Positions 26,465 through 35,310 are shown, numbered from the stretch's first letter. The stretch: DNA of 64,000 nucleotides from an uncultured Erythrobacter sp. (GCA_963529855.1 CAURZK010000005.1:28759-92758), one strand, 5' to 3'. Translations and numbers: made by a program. The notes: a model not told the origin generated them from the letters alone.

Positions 26465-28207
26465 TCAGGGTGGCGGCGGATTGGCAACGTAATCGTCGAG
26501 CGCAGCCACGATCCGGTCGAGTAACCCGGCAAATTTCGAGAAATCGATCGTGTCCTTCTGCGGCTGCACAACCTTCTCGGCGAACCTGGCTTTGCCGTAT
26601 TTCCCGGCCTCTCCGTGCTTCTTGTTGGGGTCGAACACCTTACCATCAATGACGGTTTTCAAAAGCGCGGGATCGAACAAGTCCTCAATGCAACTTATGC
26701 CTTGCGCACCGATTTCCGGTGTTTTGATAAGATAAAGATTGGGTGCGAGCCGATAGAATGGGTCCGTGGAGGTCCGAGCTATATGCGCGGCGCCGAGGCC
26801 CTTGGCGGCACCAAAAATCTCTTTCGCTCCGTCGTCATTGTCGATGAGCACGATGATGGGGTTGGGCAGCGGGCGATGTCGGTAACGCTTGAGGGCGTCA
26901 GGGTAGCGGCGGATAAAGTGGAAAAGATCGCCTGCGCCATTCCCGAGCTGCAACACGTCATGGATCGTGCTGGAGAACTTCATGAACTTGAGTGCGGGTT
27001 TAAACTTGCCTTTGTCCATCGCGCCCAGCCTGGGATGGTAGGCAGTGAGCTTCTCCATCGCCGCACGCAGATAGACGGTATCCGTCTTTCCCTCCGGGAT
27101 GATGAGGGGCTTGGGCGCCACAACGAAGTTTCGGTAGAACAGAAACCGGATGTAGAGCTTACGGGTCGCCGTGGCCGTCGCGTCCTTCTTTTTGTCAGCG
27201 GAAGGTCGCGTATCGACCTGATCGCGCACATGATAGACGTGGCCGAGCATCCCTTGCAGCGGCGCGAGGGATGTTGCCGGCTCCGGCACATCGGGATCGC
27301 CTGCTTTGCCGCCCGCCAGCGCCGCAGGGACCATCCGATAGTAGGTTCCGCTGTTGAACAGCGACCAGCACATGGCCCGCACCGTGCGGTAGTATTCGGG
27401 ACGGACGTTCGGCTTCTCGTTGACGAGCAAGCCGGTGGCGACCTGTCGTGACCCGCGATATTGCATCCTAGTCTTGGTAGGATTTACCTCAAACCCGGCC
27501 TTTTCGATCTCCTTCAGGAGCGCGGCGCCGAGTGTCCAGTCATGCTCCGAGCCTGCGACCGGGGCGGCGATGTCAGGAGGGAATGCCTTGGCGTTCGTGG
27601 AAAAGGTGATGTCGTCGGCATAGCGTGAGTAGGTGCATTTCTGCGCCTTGGCGAAGCGCACGAGCCGGATGTCCAGTAGATGCCCGACGACATTTGAAAT
27701 GACCGGGGAACAGGGACTTCCTTGGGGAAGGACATGATCGTGGCAGGCGATCTGTGCGATCAAGGTCGCGATTTTCGGATCGAGGGCGAACCGTTTGTCC
27801 TTAATGAACATACCGCGCACGCGGCCGAAATTGATCGACGGGAAGAAATCCTTGATGTCGAGATTCAGCACGTAGCGCCGCCGTTTGTGGACCGCGGCGT
27901 TCGTTACGATGGACAGATGTTTGGCGAAGCCGTGGGAGAGCTGCCGGCGCGGTGAACCCACCTTGTCGATGTCGGCGAGCGCCAGGTAGAGGACATTGGC
28001 TAGACGCCGTTGCAGCAGCTTCAGCTTGGGCGTCGGGGCAAGAATCGCCCTCGGCGTGCCGTCGCGCTTCGGGATCGTGAACGCGGTATATTTCTGCGCG
28101 TCTGGGAGGTGATAGAGCAGGTAGGCAAGCGCGGCGGGCTTATATCCCAGGATCGCAGCTAGATCGTCGAGCGACTTTGCCGCTTGTAGTTTCGCCAGAC
28201 TCGACAC
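26465..28207 (-). CDS. Retron-type reverse transcriptase fused to a C-terminal TOPRIM domain
   Basis: NAAVH (aa 103-107), LDIKDFFPSI, LPQGSPCSPVISN, YSRYADDITFS (193-203), RQVATGLLVNEKPNV. TOPRIM signature IIPEGKTD (E372) and VLIDNDDG (D456-459). GTG start after AGGGGGG. Confidence 0.9.
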   Translation of the reverse strand: MSSLAKLQAAKSLDDLAAILGYKPAALAYLLYHLPDAQKYTAFTIPKRDGTPRAILAPTPKLKLLQRRLANVLYLALADIDKVGSPRRQLSHGFAKHLSIVTNAAVHKRRRYVLNLDIKDFFPSINFGRVRGMFIKDKRFALDPKIATLIAQIACHDHVLPQGSPCSPVISNVVGHLLDIRLVRFAKAQKCTYSRYADDITFSTNAKAFPPDIAAPVAGSEHDWTLGAALLKEIEKAGFEVNPTKTRMQYRGSRQVATGLLVNEKPNVRPEYYRTVRAMCWSLFNSGTYYRMVPAALAGGKAGDPDVPEPATSLAPLQGMLGHVYHVRDQVDTRPSADKKKDATATATRKLYIRFLFYRNFVVAPKPLIIPEGKTDTVYLRAAMEKLTAYHPRLGAMDKGKFKPALKFMKFSSTIHDVLQLGNGAGDLFHFIRRYPDALKRYRHRPLPNPIIVLIDNDDGAKEIFGAAKGLGAAHIARTSTDPFYRLAPNLYLIKTPEIGAQGISCIEDLFDPALLKTVIDGKVFDPNKKHGEAGKYGKARFAEKVVQPQKDTIDFSKFAGLLDRIVAALDDYVANPPPP

Positions 28208-28225
28208 CCCACCCCCCTAACAGGC

Positions 28226-28361
28226 GGCTTACAGGCACTCCTATGCGTACGATCAGATCGTCCGCTCAGCGGAAATGCTGCAATAAGGGTAGATGGAAGC
28301 ATCACTGCCTAACATCGGTGTCTTATATCGCGATGCGCGATAACAACTCTGCCTGTAAGCC
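28226..28361 (-). ncRNA. Candidate retron msr/msd locus
   Basis: Perfect 12-nt inverted repeat (28226-28237 / 28350-28361) encloses 112 nt with internal hairpins at 28326-28342 and 28245-28265. The proximal arm lies 18 nt upstream of the RT start codon. Two more hairpins lie at 28383-28406 and 28411-28427. Confidence 0.45.
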
Positions 28362-28450
28362 TGCGGCTGTTGTTGTCCAAAGCACTTACAATTTCAAGTG
28401 TAAGTGGCGAGCCGGGCAAGCCCCGGCGAGCTGCAGACTCAAACGACAAA

Positions 28451-28487
28451 GCGGCCGCGCCCGATTGGGGCGCGGCCGCGATTTTTT
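28451..28487. terminator. Strong intrinsic terminator hairpin (bidirectional-looking)
   Basis: GCGGCCGCGCCC-GATTG-GGGCGCGGCCGC, a 12-bp stem. It is flanked by TTTTTT on the plus strand and TTTGTCGTTT on the minus strand. Lies 28 nt after the stop of the 74-aa minus-strand gene. Confidence 0.7.
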
Positions 28488-28514
28488 GGGGCCGATTGCG
28501 AAAGGCTGTGCGGA

Positions 28515-28739
28515 TCAGCGCTGCGCTTCGCGCCAGCGCCGGGCCGCCGCCGCGCTGAACAGGGGGCGGTCTACACAGGCGCGATGCTCGACCACGAAGG
28601 CGGCGCAACCGTGCAGGACATAATCGTGGGTGACGATCTGATCGTCGGAAAAGTCGTTGATCGGCTTGCCGCAGCGGATGCAGCACAACGTGCCCGGCTG
28701 GTTGTTGCGGCGGGCGATGACGCGGAACAGGCGGCGCAT
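28515..28739 (-). CDS. Small Cys-rich (zinc-ribbon-like) hypothetical protein
   Basis: 74 aa with a strong RBS AAGGAGG 6 nt upstream of the ATG. Contains LCCIRCGKP...HGC..HRAC. Confidence 0.45.
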   Translation of the reverse strand: MRRLFRVIARRNNQPGTLCCIRCGKPINDFSDDQIVTHDYVLHGCAAFVVEHRACVDRPLFSAAAARRWREAQR

Positions 28740-28832
28740 GACGGCCTCCTTGCAGCAAGAGCGCCGCCCCGAAGGCCGGCGCGAAGGTGCGGGTGAAGCC
28801 GGGACCGCTGACGCGGCCCCGGCCCGATGCCG

Positions 28833-30902
28833 CTATTCGGCGGCGACGGCGTAGGCGGCTTCGCCATCCTCAGCCTGCGCTTCGGGAGCCTCCGCCTCGG
28901 ACGGTTCCACGGTCCCCGTATCCTCGTCCTCGACCGACGCGGGCTGCTCGGTCTCCGGCTCGGGCGTCCGCAGGATCGAGGGCAGCCATCCGGTCCCGGC
29001 CAGAAGCTGCTCGGCGGCTTGCGCCATGTCCGGCTTCTTCATGTCGGCGATACGGCGGGCGGCATCCTCGGACACGCCTTCAGTGACGGCCTCGACGATA
29101 TGACCCTTGGTGACGCGGCCGAGGTAGCTCTCCACGGTCGGCGTCCAGTCCTTCGCCACGTCCAGCGCCAGCGCGGTCGCCAGCCTGTCCGCCGTTTGTA
29201 GCGACAGGGGCTTGCGATCCCACGGCAGGCGCAGCGCGTTGACGGTGCGGGCCGCGCAATGCGCCAGCAGCAGGGTCCGCTTCTCGCAGTCCAGCGCCAC
29301 GATGAAGCCCCACAGGTCCGCCACGTCACGCGGCATCCGTTCGGCCCATGCCTCGTGTTGCTCGCTCGCCCGTGCCGCCAAGGGGGTGTCCTCGATCCCG
29401 TCCGCATGACTGCCAAGCGGCGTCACGGTCGGACGAACCTCAAGGCAACCGGCCTCGGCGTAGCTGTAGAACAGTTGCGCCGTGAGCGTATGGGTCAAGG
29501 CGACCAACGCCATATCGGGTTGCTCGGCCAGCGCCACGCGGAGCGCCAAGGTCCGATGGGCGGACAGGTCGCGCGTGAGGCTGTCGGAAATCGGCTTGCC
29601 CGGTTCCTCGTCCTCCACGTCCTCGGCTTCGGGCTCATCCTCGGCCTGCTCGTCCTCCACGCCCTCCGGGTCGATCCCTTCGCCGTCGACCTCATCCTCG
29701 GGCTGCGGGAAGGCCAGCGCCTCGTCCTCGGCCCGAATGAAGCCGCGCTCGATCCTGACCGCGCCGTCATGGTGCAGCACCACGAACGCGCCGCCGTAGG
29801 CGATCACGTTGGCGTCATAGGCATGGCGCTTCTCGGAAATGGCGTCGATCTCGTCGGAAATCGCCTCCAGCTTCTCGGCTACGTCCTCGGGCATTTCGTC
29901 GTAGGACGAATAGCCTTCGGCAAGCGCGTCATGCTCTGCGGACAGGGTGTCCAACCGCGCCTCGTCCTCATCGGACAGCGAAACGGATTGCGGATAGAAG
30001 CGCCGCATCCCGTGGGCGTGGGGGTAGTCGATATGCGCCTCGGCCCATTTCCAGCCTTCGGCCTGCACCGTCGCGGCAACCTCGCGCAGCTTCTCGACCG
30101 CAAGCATGTCGAGCAAGCCCGCATCCTCGAAGAAGCCGCCCCGGTCCTCGCTGAACAGGTCGCGGATGATATTGCCGCCCGCCTCGACATAGGCGTCGGC
30201 CCCGACGAACACCGCGCGTCGGTCGGTCGCCGGAACATTGCTCGCGGTCATGTCACGCCGGATGATCCACGGCTCGCGATTGTGATGCAGGCCCTCGAAC
30301 ACCTGCTCCTGCCGGGCATGGTCCTCGGTGATGGCGAAGGCCATAAGCTGGTCCAGCGTAAGGCCGTCCTCGCGATAGACCTGCAACAGCTTCGGACTGA
30401 CAGCGCCCAAGCGAAGCCGCTGCTTCACCACGGAGGCCGACACGCCGAACCGCGCCCCGATCTCTTCCGCGCCCCAACCCTTGTCGTTGGAAAGCTCGGC
30501 GAACCGCTCGAACTGGTCGGCGGGGTGCATGGGGGTGCGGGTGACATTTTCGTCAAGGCTTACCTCGGCGGGATCATTCGCCGTATCCAGCCAGCACCGG
30601 ACAGGTTCGGATTTCTTGCATTGTTTGCGCTTGGCGCGCAGCAGCATCGCCAGCCTGCGGCCCTCGCCAGCGGTGACGAGATAGTAGCTGGTCGGCGTCC
30701 CGTCCTCCTTGGTTTCCGGCTCCACGACAAGGTTCTGGATCAGCCCCTTATGCTGGATCGAAGCGGCCAGCGCCTCGATAGCGGCTTCCCCATGCGGCAC
30801 CTTGCGCGCGTTGCGCGGGGACTTCTTGAGCTTGGCGAGCGGCACGAAAATCTCGACGCCAGACACAGGCTCGGCGGCTGCGGTTTGGGTAACAGCGTTC
30901 AT
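28833..30902 (-). CDS. ParB-like N-terminal domain protein (ICE backbone)
   Basis: VPLAKLKKSPRNARKVPHGEAAIEALAASIQHKGLIQNLVV and HTH-like GWGAEEIGARFGVSASVVKQRLRLG, followed by a long acidic C-terminal part. ATG 30902 has an AAGGAG RBS (track ORF starts at 31169). Confidence 0.85.
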   Translation of the reverse strand: MNAVTQTAAAEPVSGVEIFVPLAKLKKSPRNARKVPHGEAAIEALAASIQHKGLIQNLVVEPETKEDGTPTSYYLVTAGEGRRLAMLLRAKRKQCKKSEPVRCWLDTANDPAEVSLDENVTRTPMHPADQFERFAELSNDKGWGAEEIGARFGVSASVVKQRLRLGAVSPKLLQVYREDGLTLDQLMAFAITEDHARQEQVFEGLHHNREPWIIRRDMTASNVPATDRRAVFVGADAYVEAGGNIIRDLFSEDRGGFFEDAGLLDMLAVEKLREVAATVQAEGWKWAEAHIDYPHAHGMRRFYPQSVSLSDEDEARLDTLSAEHDALAEGYSSYDEMPEDVAEKLEAISDEIDAISEKRHAYDANVIAYGGAFVVLHHDGAVRIERGFIRAEDEALAFPQPEDEVDGEGIDPEGVEDEQAEDEPEAEDVEDEEPGKPISDSLTRDLSAHRTLALRVALAEQPDMALVALTHTLTAQLFYSYAEAGCLEVRPTVTPLGSHADGIEDTPLAARASEQHEAWAERMPRDVADLWGFIVALDCEKRTLLLAHCAARTVNALRLPWDRKPLSLQTADRLATALALDVAKDWTPTVESYLGRVTKGHIVEAVTEGVSEDAARRIADMKKPDMAQAAEQLLAGTGWLPSILRTPEPETEQPASVEDEDTGTVEPSEAEAPEAQAEDGEAAYAVAAE

Positions 30903-31360
30903 TGTCTTCACTCCTTCAAAAGCACACGCACCCCGGAGCGGGGTGGGCGGCGAAAGAGCGACCGGCAGGCCCGCCGGCGGAGCCGGGCAGCACCCAAGGG
31001 GCCGGAAAGAAGAGGAGGACGCGCACCGCGCGTTGCGGCCCGGCGCGGCGGGCCTAAAGGGAAGCGACGCCCACCCCGCGGGAGGGGAGCGTAGCGACCC
31101 AACAAAGCGATCGGGACGGCGCACGCCCTGGCCCGATCTCCGCAGTCTGGAAAAGCTGGAATCCGCCACGGCGGATTTGCCGATCGGCGTGGATACGCCG
31201 ACGTTTGGGGCGTTGCGGGGTTGCCCCCGCTTGAAGGGGTCTGACGAGACCCGCGTGGCTCGTCAGTAGGGGAAGTCCTTCCCCAACCGGTCGGTGACGT
31301 CATCCTGTAATTACGGTTGCTTCGGCGCTTCCGGGAGTCTGATTGCAGCGCTAGTCATAT

Positions 31361-32119
31361 GTGATGAGCACAGCCTACTTAAACGCGATTCTGGCTCGGG
31401 AGGCTGTCGATACCAGCGCATTCTCCCCTGTTCGGCAGGTCCAAACAATTATCGCGCCCGTGCTTCAACGATGGGCAAACCGTTTCTTGCTGTCGATCTC
31501 TCCAAGCGGTTCTTTTGCCAAGGGCACGGCCAATCGAAGCGGCACCGACATCGACCTTTTCATTTCTCTGCACGAAGACACGCCCGAAACCTTGAAGGAT
31601 ATTTGCGGCTCGCTCTTCAACGCCATTGCGGGTGCCGGCTATGCGCCAAAACGGCAGAATGTGTCGATCAACGCGACGATCGGCGGCTTCGATGTCGATC
31701 TCGTCCCTGGCAAACGGCAGACCGCCTGGACGACAGATCACAGCCTTTACCGTCGCAAAGCCGATACCTGGACGAAGACAAATGTGACGACACATATCAA
31801 CACCGTCGTCATGGCCGGCCATCAGCGCGAGTCGCGGCTCCTGAAGCTATGGCGCAACCAGAAGCGGCTCGAATTCCCGTCCTTCTACCTGGAGCTGACA
31901 GTGATCGCCGCCTTGCACGGTAGGCAATCGCAGGATCTGGCGCAGAATGTTGTGAAGGTGCTGGAGTATCTCCGAGACAGGTTCGCCGCAGCACGGGTGG
32001 TCGATCCCGCCAATGGCAACAACGTCATATCGGACGATCTCACCGACACGGAGAAGCAAGCGGTGCGGCGATTGGCGGAAGCTGCGCTGAGCGGCAATTG
32101 GAGCGGTTTCGTCCAATGA
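31361..32119 (+). CDS. cGAS/OAS/SMODS-like minimal nucleotidyltransferase
   Basis: Pol-beta NTase signature SPSGSFAKGTANRSGTDIDLFISL (G50-S51, D63, D65) with a third Asp in GGFDVDLVPG (D111/D113). OAS1-C-like helical lobe LKLWRNQKRLEFPSFYLELTVIAAL. 252 aa. Confidence 0.8.
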   Translation: MMSTAYLNAILAREAVDTSAFSPVRQVQTIIAPVLQRWANRFLLSISPSGSFAKGTANRSGTDIDLFISLHEDTPETLKDICGSLFNAIAGAGYAPKRQNVSINATIGGFDVDLVPGKRQTAWTTDHSLYRRKADTWTKTNVTTHINTVVMAGHQRESRLLKLWRNQKRLEFPSFYLELTVIAALHGRQSQDLAQNVVKVLEYLRDRFAAARVVDPANGNNVISDDLTDTEKQAVRRLAEAALSGNWSGFVQ

Positions 32120-32835
32120 CCGACTGGTCCCTCAAAACTCTGCTGCAAAGCCTGCACGACGAGATCGAAGCGAAGCTGGGCATCGCGCGCGGTAGCTTCG
32201 GCCACGGCGGAACGAAGGGTGACGCCAGCGAAGCTGTTTGGCTAGAGCTGTTGCAGGCCTATTTGCCGGAACGGTATCGCGCTGCCGGCGCCCATGTCGT
32301 CGACAGCAAGGGCGCCTTCAGCCACCAGATCGATATCGTCATTTTCGATCGGCAATATTCGCCCTTTATCTTCAATTTCAAAGGCCAGTTCATCGTACCG
32401 GCAGAGAGCGTCTATGCCGTGTTCGAGACCAAGCAGGCGATCAATGCCCAGCACGTCGCTTATGCAGCGGACAAGGTGGCCAGTGTTCGCGCGCTCCATC
32501 GGACGAGCCTGCCGATACCCTACGCCGGCGGTGTCTACGATCCGCGACCGCTGCCGGACATTATCGGCGGATTGCTTACGTTCGAAAGCGTATGGAATCC
32601 GCCGCTGGGCCAACCGCTGACCGATGCGCTCGCAGCCCTCGATGGGCAGCACCGCCTCGATATTGGATGCGTCGCGGCGCATGGGGTGTTCGGCTGTGAC
32701 ACGGACGGCTGCTCGCAAGCGGAGGTCGGCGTGCGAGCGGCGACGCGCTTCCTGCTCAACCTTATCGCTCGCCTCCAGGCGAGCGCGACGGTTCCGATGA
32801 TCGATGTGGGTGCCTATGCCGCGTGGCTCGACTGA
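32116..32835 (+). CDS. PD-(D/E)xK-type putative nuclease (DUF6602-like), coupled to the NTase
   Basis: ATG 32116 overlaps the NTase TGA (ATGA). Contains HGGTKGDASEAVWLELLQAYLP, SHQIDIVIFD (D73) and VFETKQ (E104-x-K106). 239 aa. Confidence 0.6.
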   Translation: MTDWSLKTLLQSLHDEIEAKLGIARGSFGHGGTKGDASEAVWLELLQAYLPERYRAAGAHVVDSKGAFSHQIDIVIFDRQYSPFIFNFKGQFIVPAESVYAVFETKQAINAQHVAYAADKVASVRALHRTSLPIPYAGGVYDPRPLPDIIGGLLTFESVWNPPLGQPLTDALAALDGQHRLDIGCVAAHGVFGCDTDGCSQAEVGVRAATRFLLNLIARLQASATVPMIDVGAYAAWLD

Positions 32836-32847
32836 CCGCGCGGCCCG

Positions 32848-35310
32848 CTAAGCTGCCGGGATCGGAACCGCGATCTGATTGGCGACGGCGGTATAAAGGT
32901 CGATGTCGGTCTCGGGCGCGCGGATCGACACACACAATGCATAGCGGGCGGAACGATCCCAGCGCTGGAGACCAGGCTTCTCCTTCCACCATCCGCTGAC
33001 GGGAAAGACGCCGATCGCGTCGCGCTCGGCGAGGGCTGCCGCGCTCCCACGCCAAATGTCGCTATGGATCGAACCGCGGTCACGGATCGTCCCCAGAACC
33101 CAGGAGTCGCCGCCTGCGACAGCGCCGACAGCGCCAGCCTCTTCGTCCTGAGCCGCCTTGTTGATCCGCTGCCGGAACGCTTCCAAACCTTCGAGCGACC
33201 GCTTCACCGCAAAGCGGAGATTGTGTGAAGCGTAGCGGTGGCGCCGCGTCCAGCCCCGTTCTCCGGGATTGGGCTCGACGAAATAGGACAGGGTGATCCG
33301 CAGTTCCACATCGAGATCGCCAAGCGCGGCCAGTTCGGCGCGCGGCCAGGGCAGTCGATGCAGATTCATGTCGCGCGTCTTGATCGCCGAGCCATCCTTG
33401 CGGAACGGCAACAGGGCGTCCTCGACCATCAAAGTCGCGTCGTTGGACGCGCTCATCAGCGCCCGGCCAAGGTCAGGCACGCCCCAACCGTAGCGGCGCA
33501 GCATGGCCAGCTTCTGACTTTGCGAGCCGGCCGCGTCGAAGCGCTGGCGCATCGCCGGCGTCCATTCGGCGGAATGGACAATGAGCGCGCGTACCGTTTC
33601 CGGCCAGAGTGTCGGACGCGCTGCGATAATGCCGGCGGCAAGATTCGCGCCGAGCGCGGCAGCGCCGCTGGTGTCGCCGAACGCTTCAAACAGGCGCATG
33701 GCGGGACGATAGTGGGTCGTGAGGAGTTGGAGGTCGTCGATCGCCGAGGCCGGGTTGGCGCCGTCATGCGCGAAGTTACCGCCCTCGAACACGACATCCG
33801 GACGGATCGGCCATTGCCGATCCCAGATTGCGGACGTTCGGCTTGCCGGTGAGAGGTCGCCGGCCGGGGCGACGGGCGTCCATCCGTCATAGTCGGGATG
33901 GGTGATCATGATCTTGTCGGTGCTGGCCCCAACGACGAGCGGATTCCACGCCTGCCCCGGGCTTTCGACCTCTTCGAGGTCGTTGCGGTCAGGATAGTCG
34001 GCCGGATTGATGTCCCCGCGGAGATTGCCCGCCGCCAGGACCATGAGGCGTCGCCTGTCACCGCCGCCATAGCAGAGTTGATCGATTGACGAGGACCACG
34101 AGGACGGCCGGCCTCGGCCCAGGCCGACGTCGCTGGTCACGGCCATGCAGAACACGCGCCGGCGACGGGGAGCATGGTCTTCGGCGCGGGCGATGCCGGT
34201 TGCCGTGATCGCCCCGTAAAGTCGCGGCTCGTTCTGCCCGGTTGGCGGCAGGATCTTCACCGTTTCGAGGCGATGACCAAGCGCGACCGGCTCGCCGTGG
34301 GAAAGCGCCGCTTCGAGATCGCCATAAAGCGCGACACCAGCCATCGAGGTGCCGTGACCATTCCAGAAGGCGCTGTCGCCGACACCCCAGTCACCGTCGT
34401 AGCTATGCTGATCGGCAGGATCGAGGCCAGGCGCGAGCAGGGGGTGGGCCTGGGTCGCTCCGCTGTCCAGTATGCAGACCGCCGGTGCCAAGGGGGACGG
34501 CGGTGCGATCCGATCAGCCAAGTCGTTCGCCCAAGCGGCCTGATCGACCGTGCGCATTTCGAGAAAGAGCGACGGCGTGTCCTTGGCGAGGCGCAGTTCA
34601 GCGACGACATCGGAATTGCGTATCAGCCGATCCATCGTCGCTTCATCGGCGAGCGCCAGCGCGACATCGCGCTCGGGAAAGCTGATGACGTGATCCTTGA
34701 TCGCGACATCGAGCTTGGCAGCGACAGACTGGAAGATTGCGAGACCGCCATCCCGAAGCCAGACTTCCCACCACACCTGACGGCCGTCGGCGGGAAAGTG
34801 CTGCGCTTCATCGGTGAATAGCGAGCGAGCGACCGCGACCCTGATATCGTCGATCCGAGCGATCAGGGCCTCGTTCTTGGGCTTGCCGGTGCGCGTCTCC
34901 TCGTCGCGATAGGCTTCGATCTTCTTGACGAAGAAATCGGCAGCGGCTTCCGGGACAAACACAGTGGCCGAGACCATTTCGTCGCCCTCCGCAGTGGGCC
35001 GCACGGCTACCAGTTCGATAGCCTTCGGCTTGTTCTCCAGGGCTTCGACAGCGGCGCGCTCGGCGATAGGAATATCGAACTCTAGATAAAAGCCTGGCTG
35101 GCCCTCGGCTACGCCATCTTCCCGATCGGCGAGCCGTTGGCGGCCGGCGGCCAGCGCCGTTCCGATCGCCTGTTCCAATCGTGCGGCGTGCGCGGCTCGC
35201 GCCCGCGCGGGAGGGAGGCCGCTTATGACCAGGCGCGGTGACGTGTAAGCCTCGCTTTGGCCGCCGCCTTCGACGTGGAAATGGGGGCGGTCGCGGGGAG
35301 GTACAGCCAT
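32848..35310 (-). CDS. S8 (subtilisin-like) serine peptidase with ~270-aa unassigned N-terminal region (IetS-like)
   Basis: Catalytic motifs VCILDSG (D282), WNGHGTSMAG (H319), LAAGN (N429) and FGDTSGAAALG (S548). 820 aa. Starts 13 nt downstream of the AAA+ gene. Confidence 0.85.
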   Translation of the reverse strand: MAVPPRDRPHFHVEGGGQSEAYTSPRLVISGLPPARARAAHAARLEQAIGTALAAGRQRLADREDGVAEGQPGFYLEFDIPIAERAAVEALENKPKAIELVAVRPTAEGDEMVSATVFVPEAAADFFVKKIEAYRDEETRTGKPKNEALIARIDDIRVAVARSLFTDEAQHFPADGRQVWWEVWLRDGGLAIFQSVAAKLDVAIKDHVISFPERDVALALADEATMDRLIRNSDVVAELRLAKDTPSLFLEMRTVDQAAWANDLADRIAPPSPLAPAVCILDSGATQAHPLLAPGLDPADQHSYDGDWGVGDSAFWNGHGTSMAGVALYGDLEAALSHGEPVALGHRLETVKILPPTGQNEPRLYGAITATGIARAEDHAPRRRRVFCMAVTSDVGLGRGRPSSWSSSIDQLCYGGGDRRRLMVLAAGNLRGDINPADYPDRNDLEEVESPGQAWNPLVVGASTDKIMITHPDYDGWTPVAPAGDLSPASRTSAIWDRQWPIRPDVVFEGGNFAHDGANPASAIDDLQLLTTHYRPAMRLFEAFGDTSGAAALGANLAAGIIAARPTLWPETVRALIVHSAEWTPAMRQRFDAAGSQSQKLAMLRRYGWGVPDLGRALMSASNDATLMVEDALLPFRKDGSAIKTRDMNLHRLPWPRAELAALGDLDVELRITLSYFVEPNPGERGWTRRHRYASHNLRFAVKRSLEGLEAFRQRINKAAQDEEAGAVGAVAGGDSWVLGTIRDRGSIHSDIWRGSAAALAERDAIGVFPVSGWWKEKPGLQRWDRSARYALCVSIRAPETDIDLYTAVANQIAVPIPAA

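Noticed and set aside
26465-28207. Possibility that the RT is a group II intron maturase
   Set aside because: The NAxxH and VTG-type motifs and the Y-x-R-Y-A-D-D-I-T-F-S context are retron-like. There is no maturase X or En domain, the C-terminus is TOPRIM-like, and I see no intron domain V/VI-like RNA flanking the ORF.
25659-28207. TIGR02391 gene as the operonic effector of the retron
   Set aside because: The two genes are convergent, with stops 5 nt apart, so they cannot be co-transcribed. A functional link is left open but not claimed.
28177-28623. 148-aa plus-strand ORF across the retron ncRNA region and terminator
   Set aside because: It runs through a strong terminator hairpin and the inverted repeats, has no RBS and has an implausible composition.
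29259-31094. 611-aa plus-strand ORF antisense to the ParB-like gene
   Set aside because: Same reasoning: Arg/Gly/Leu-rich with no motifs, overlapping a well-supported gene with a strong RBS.
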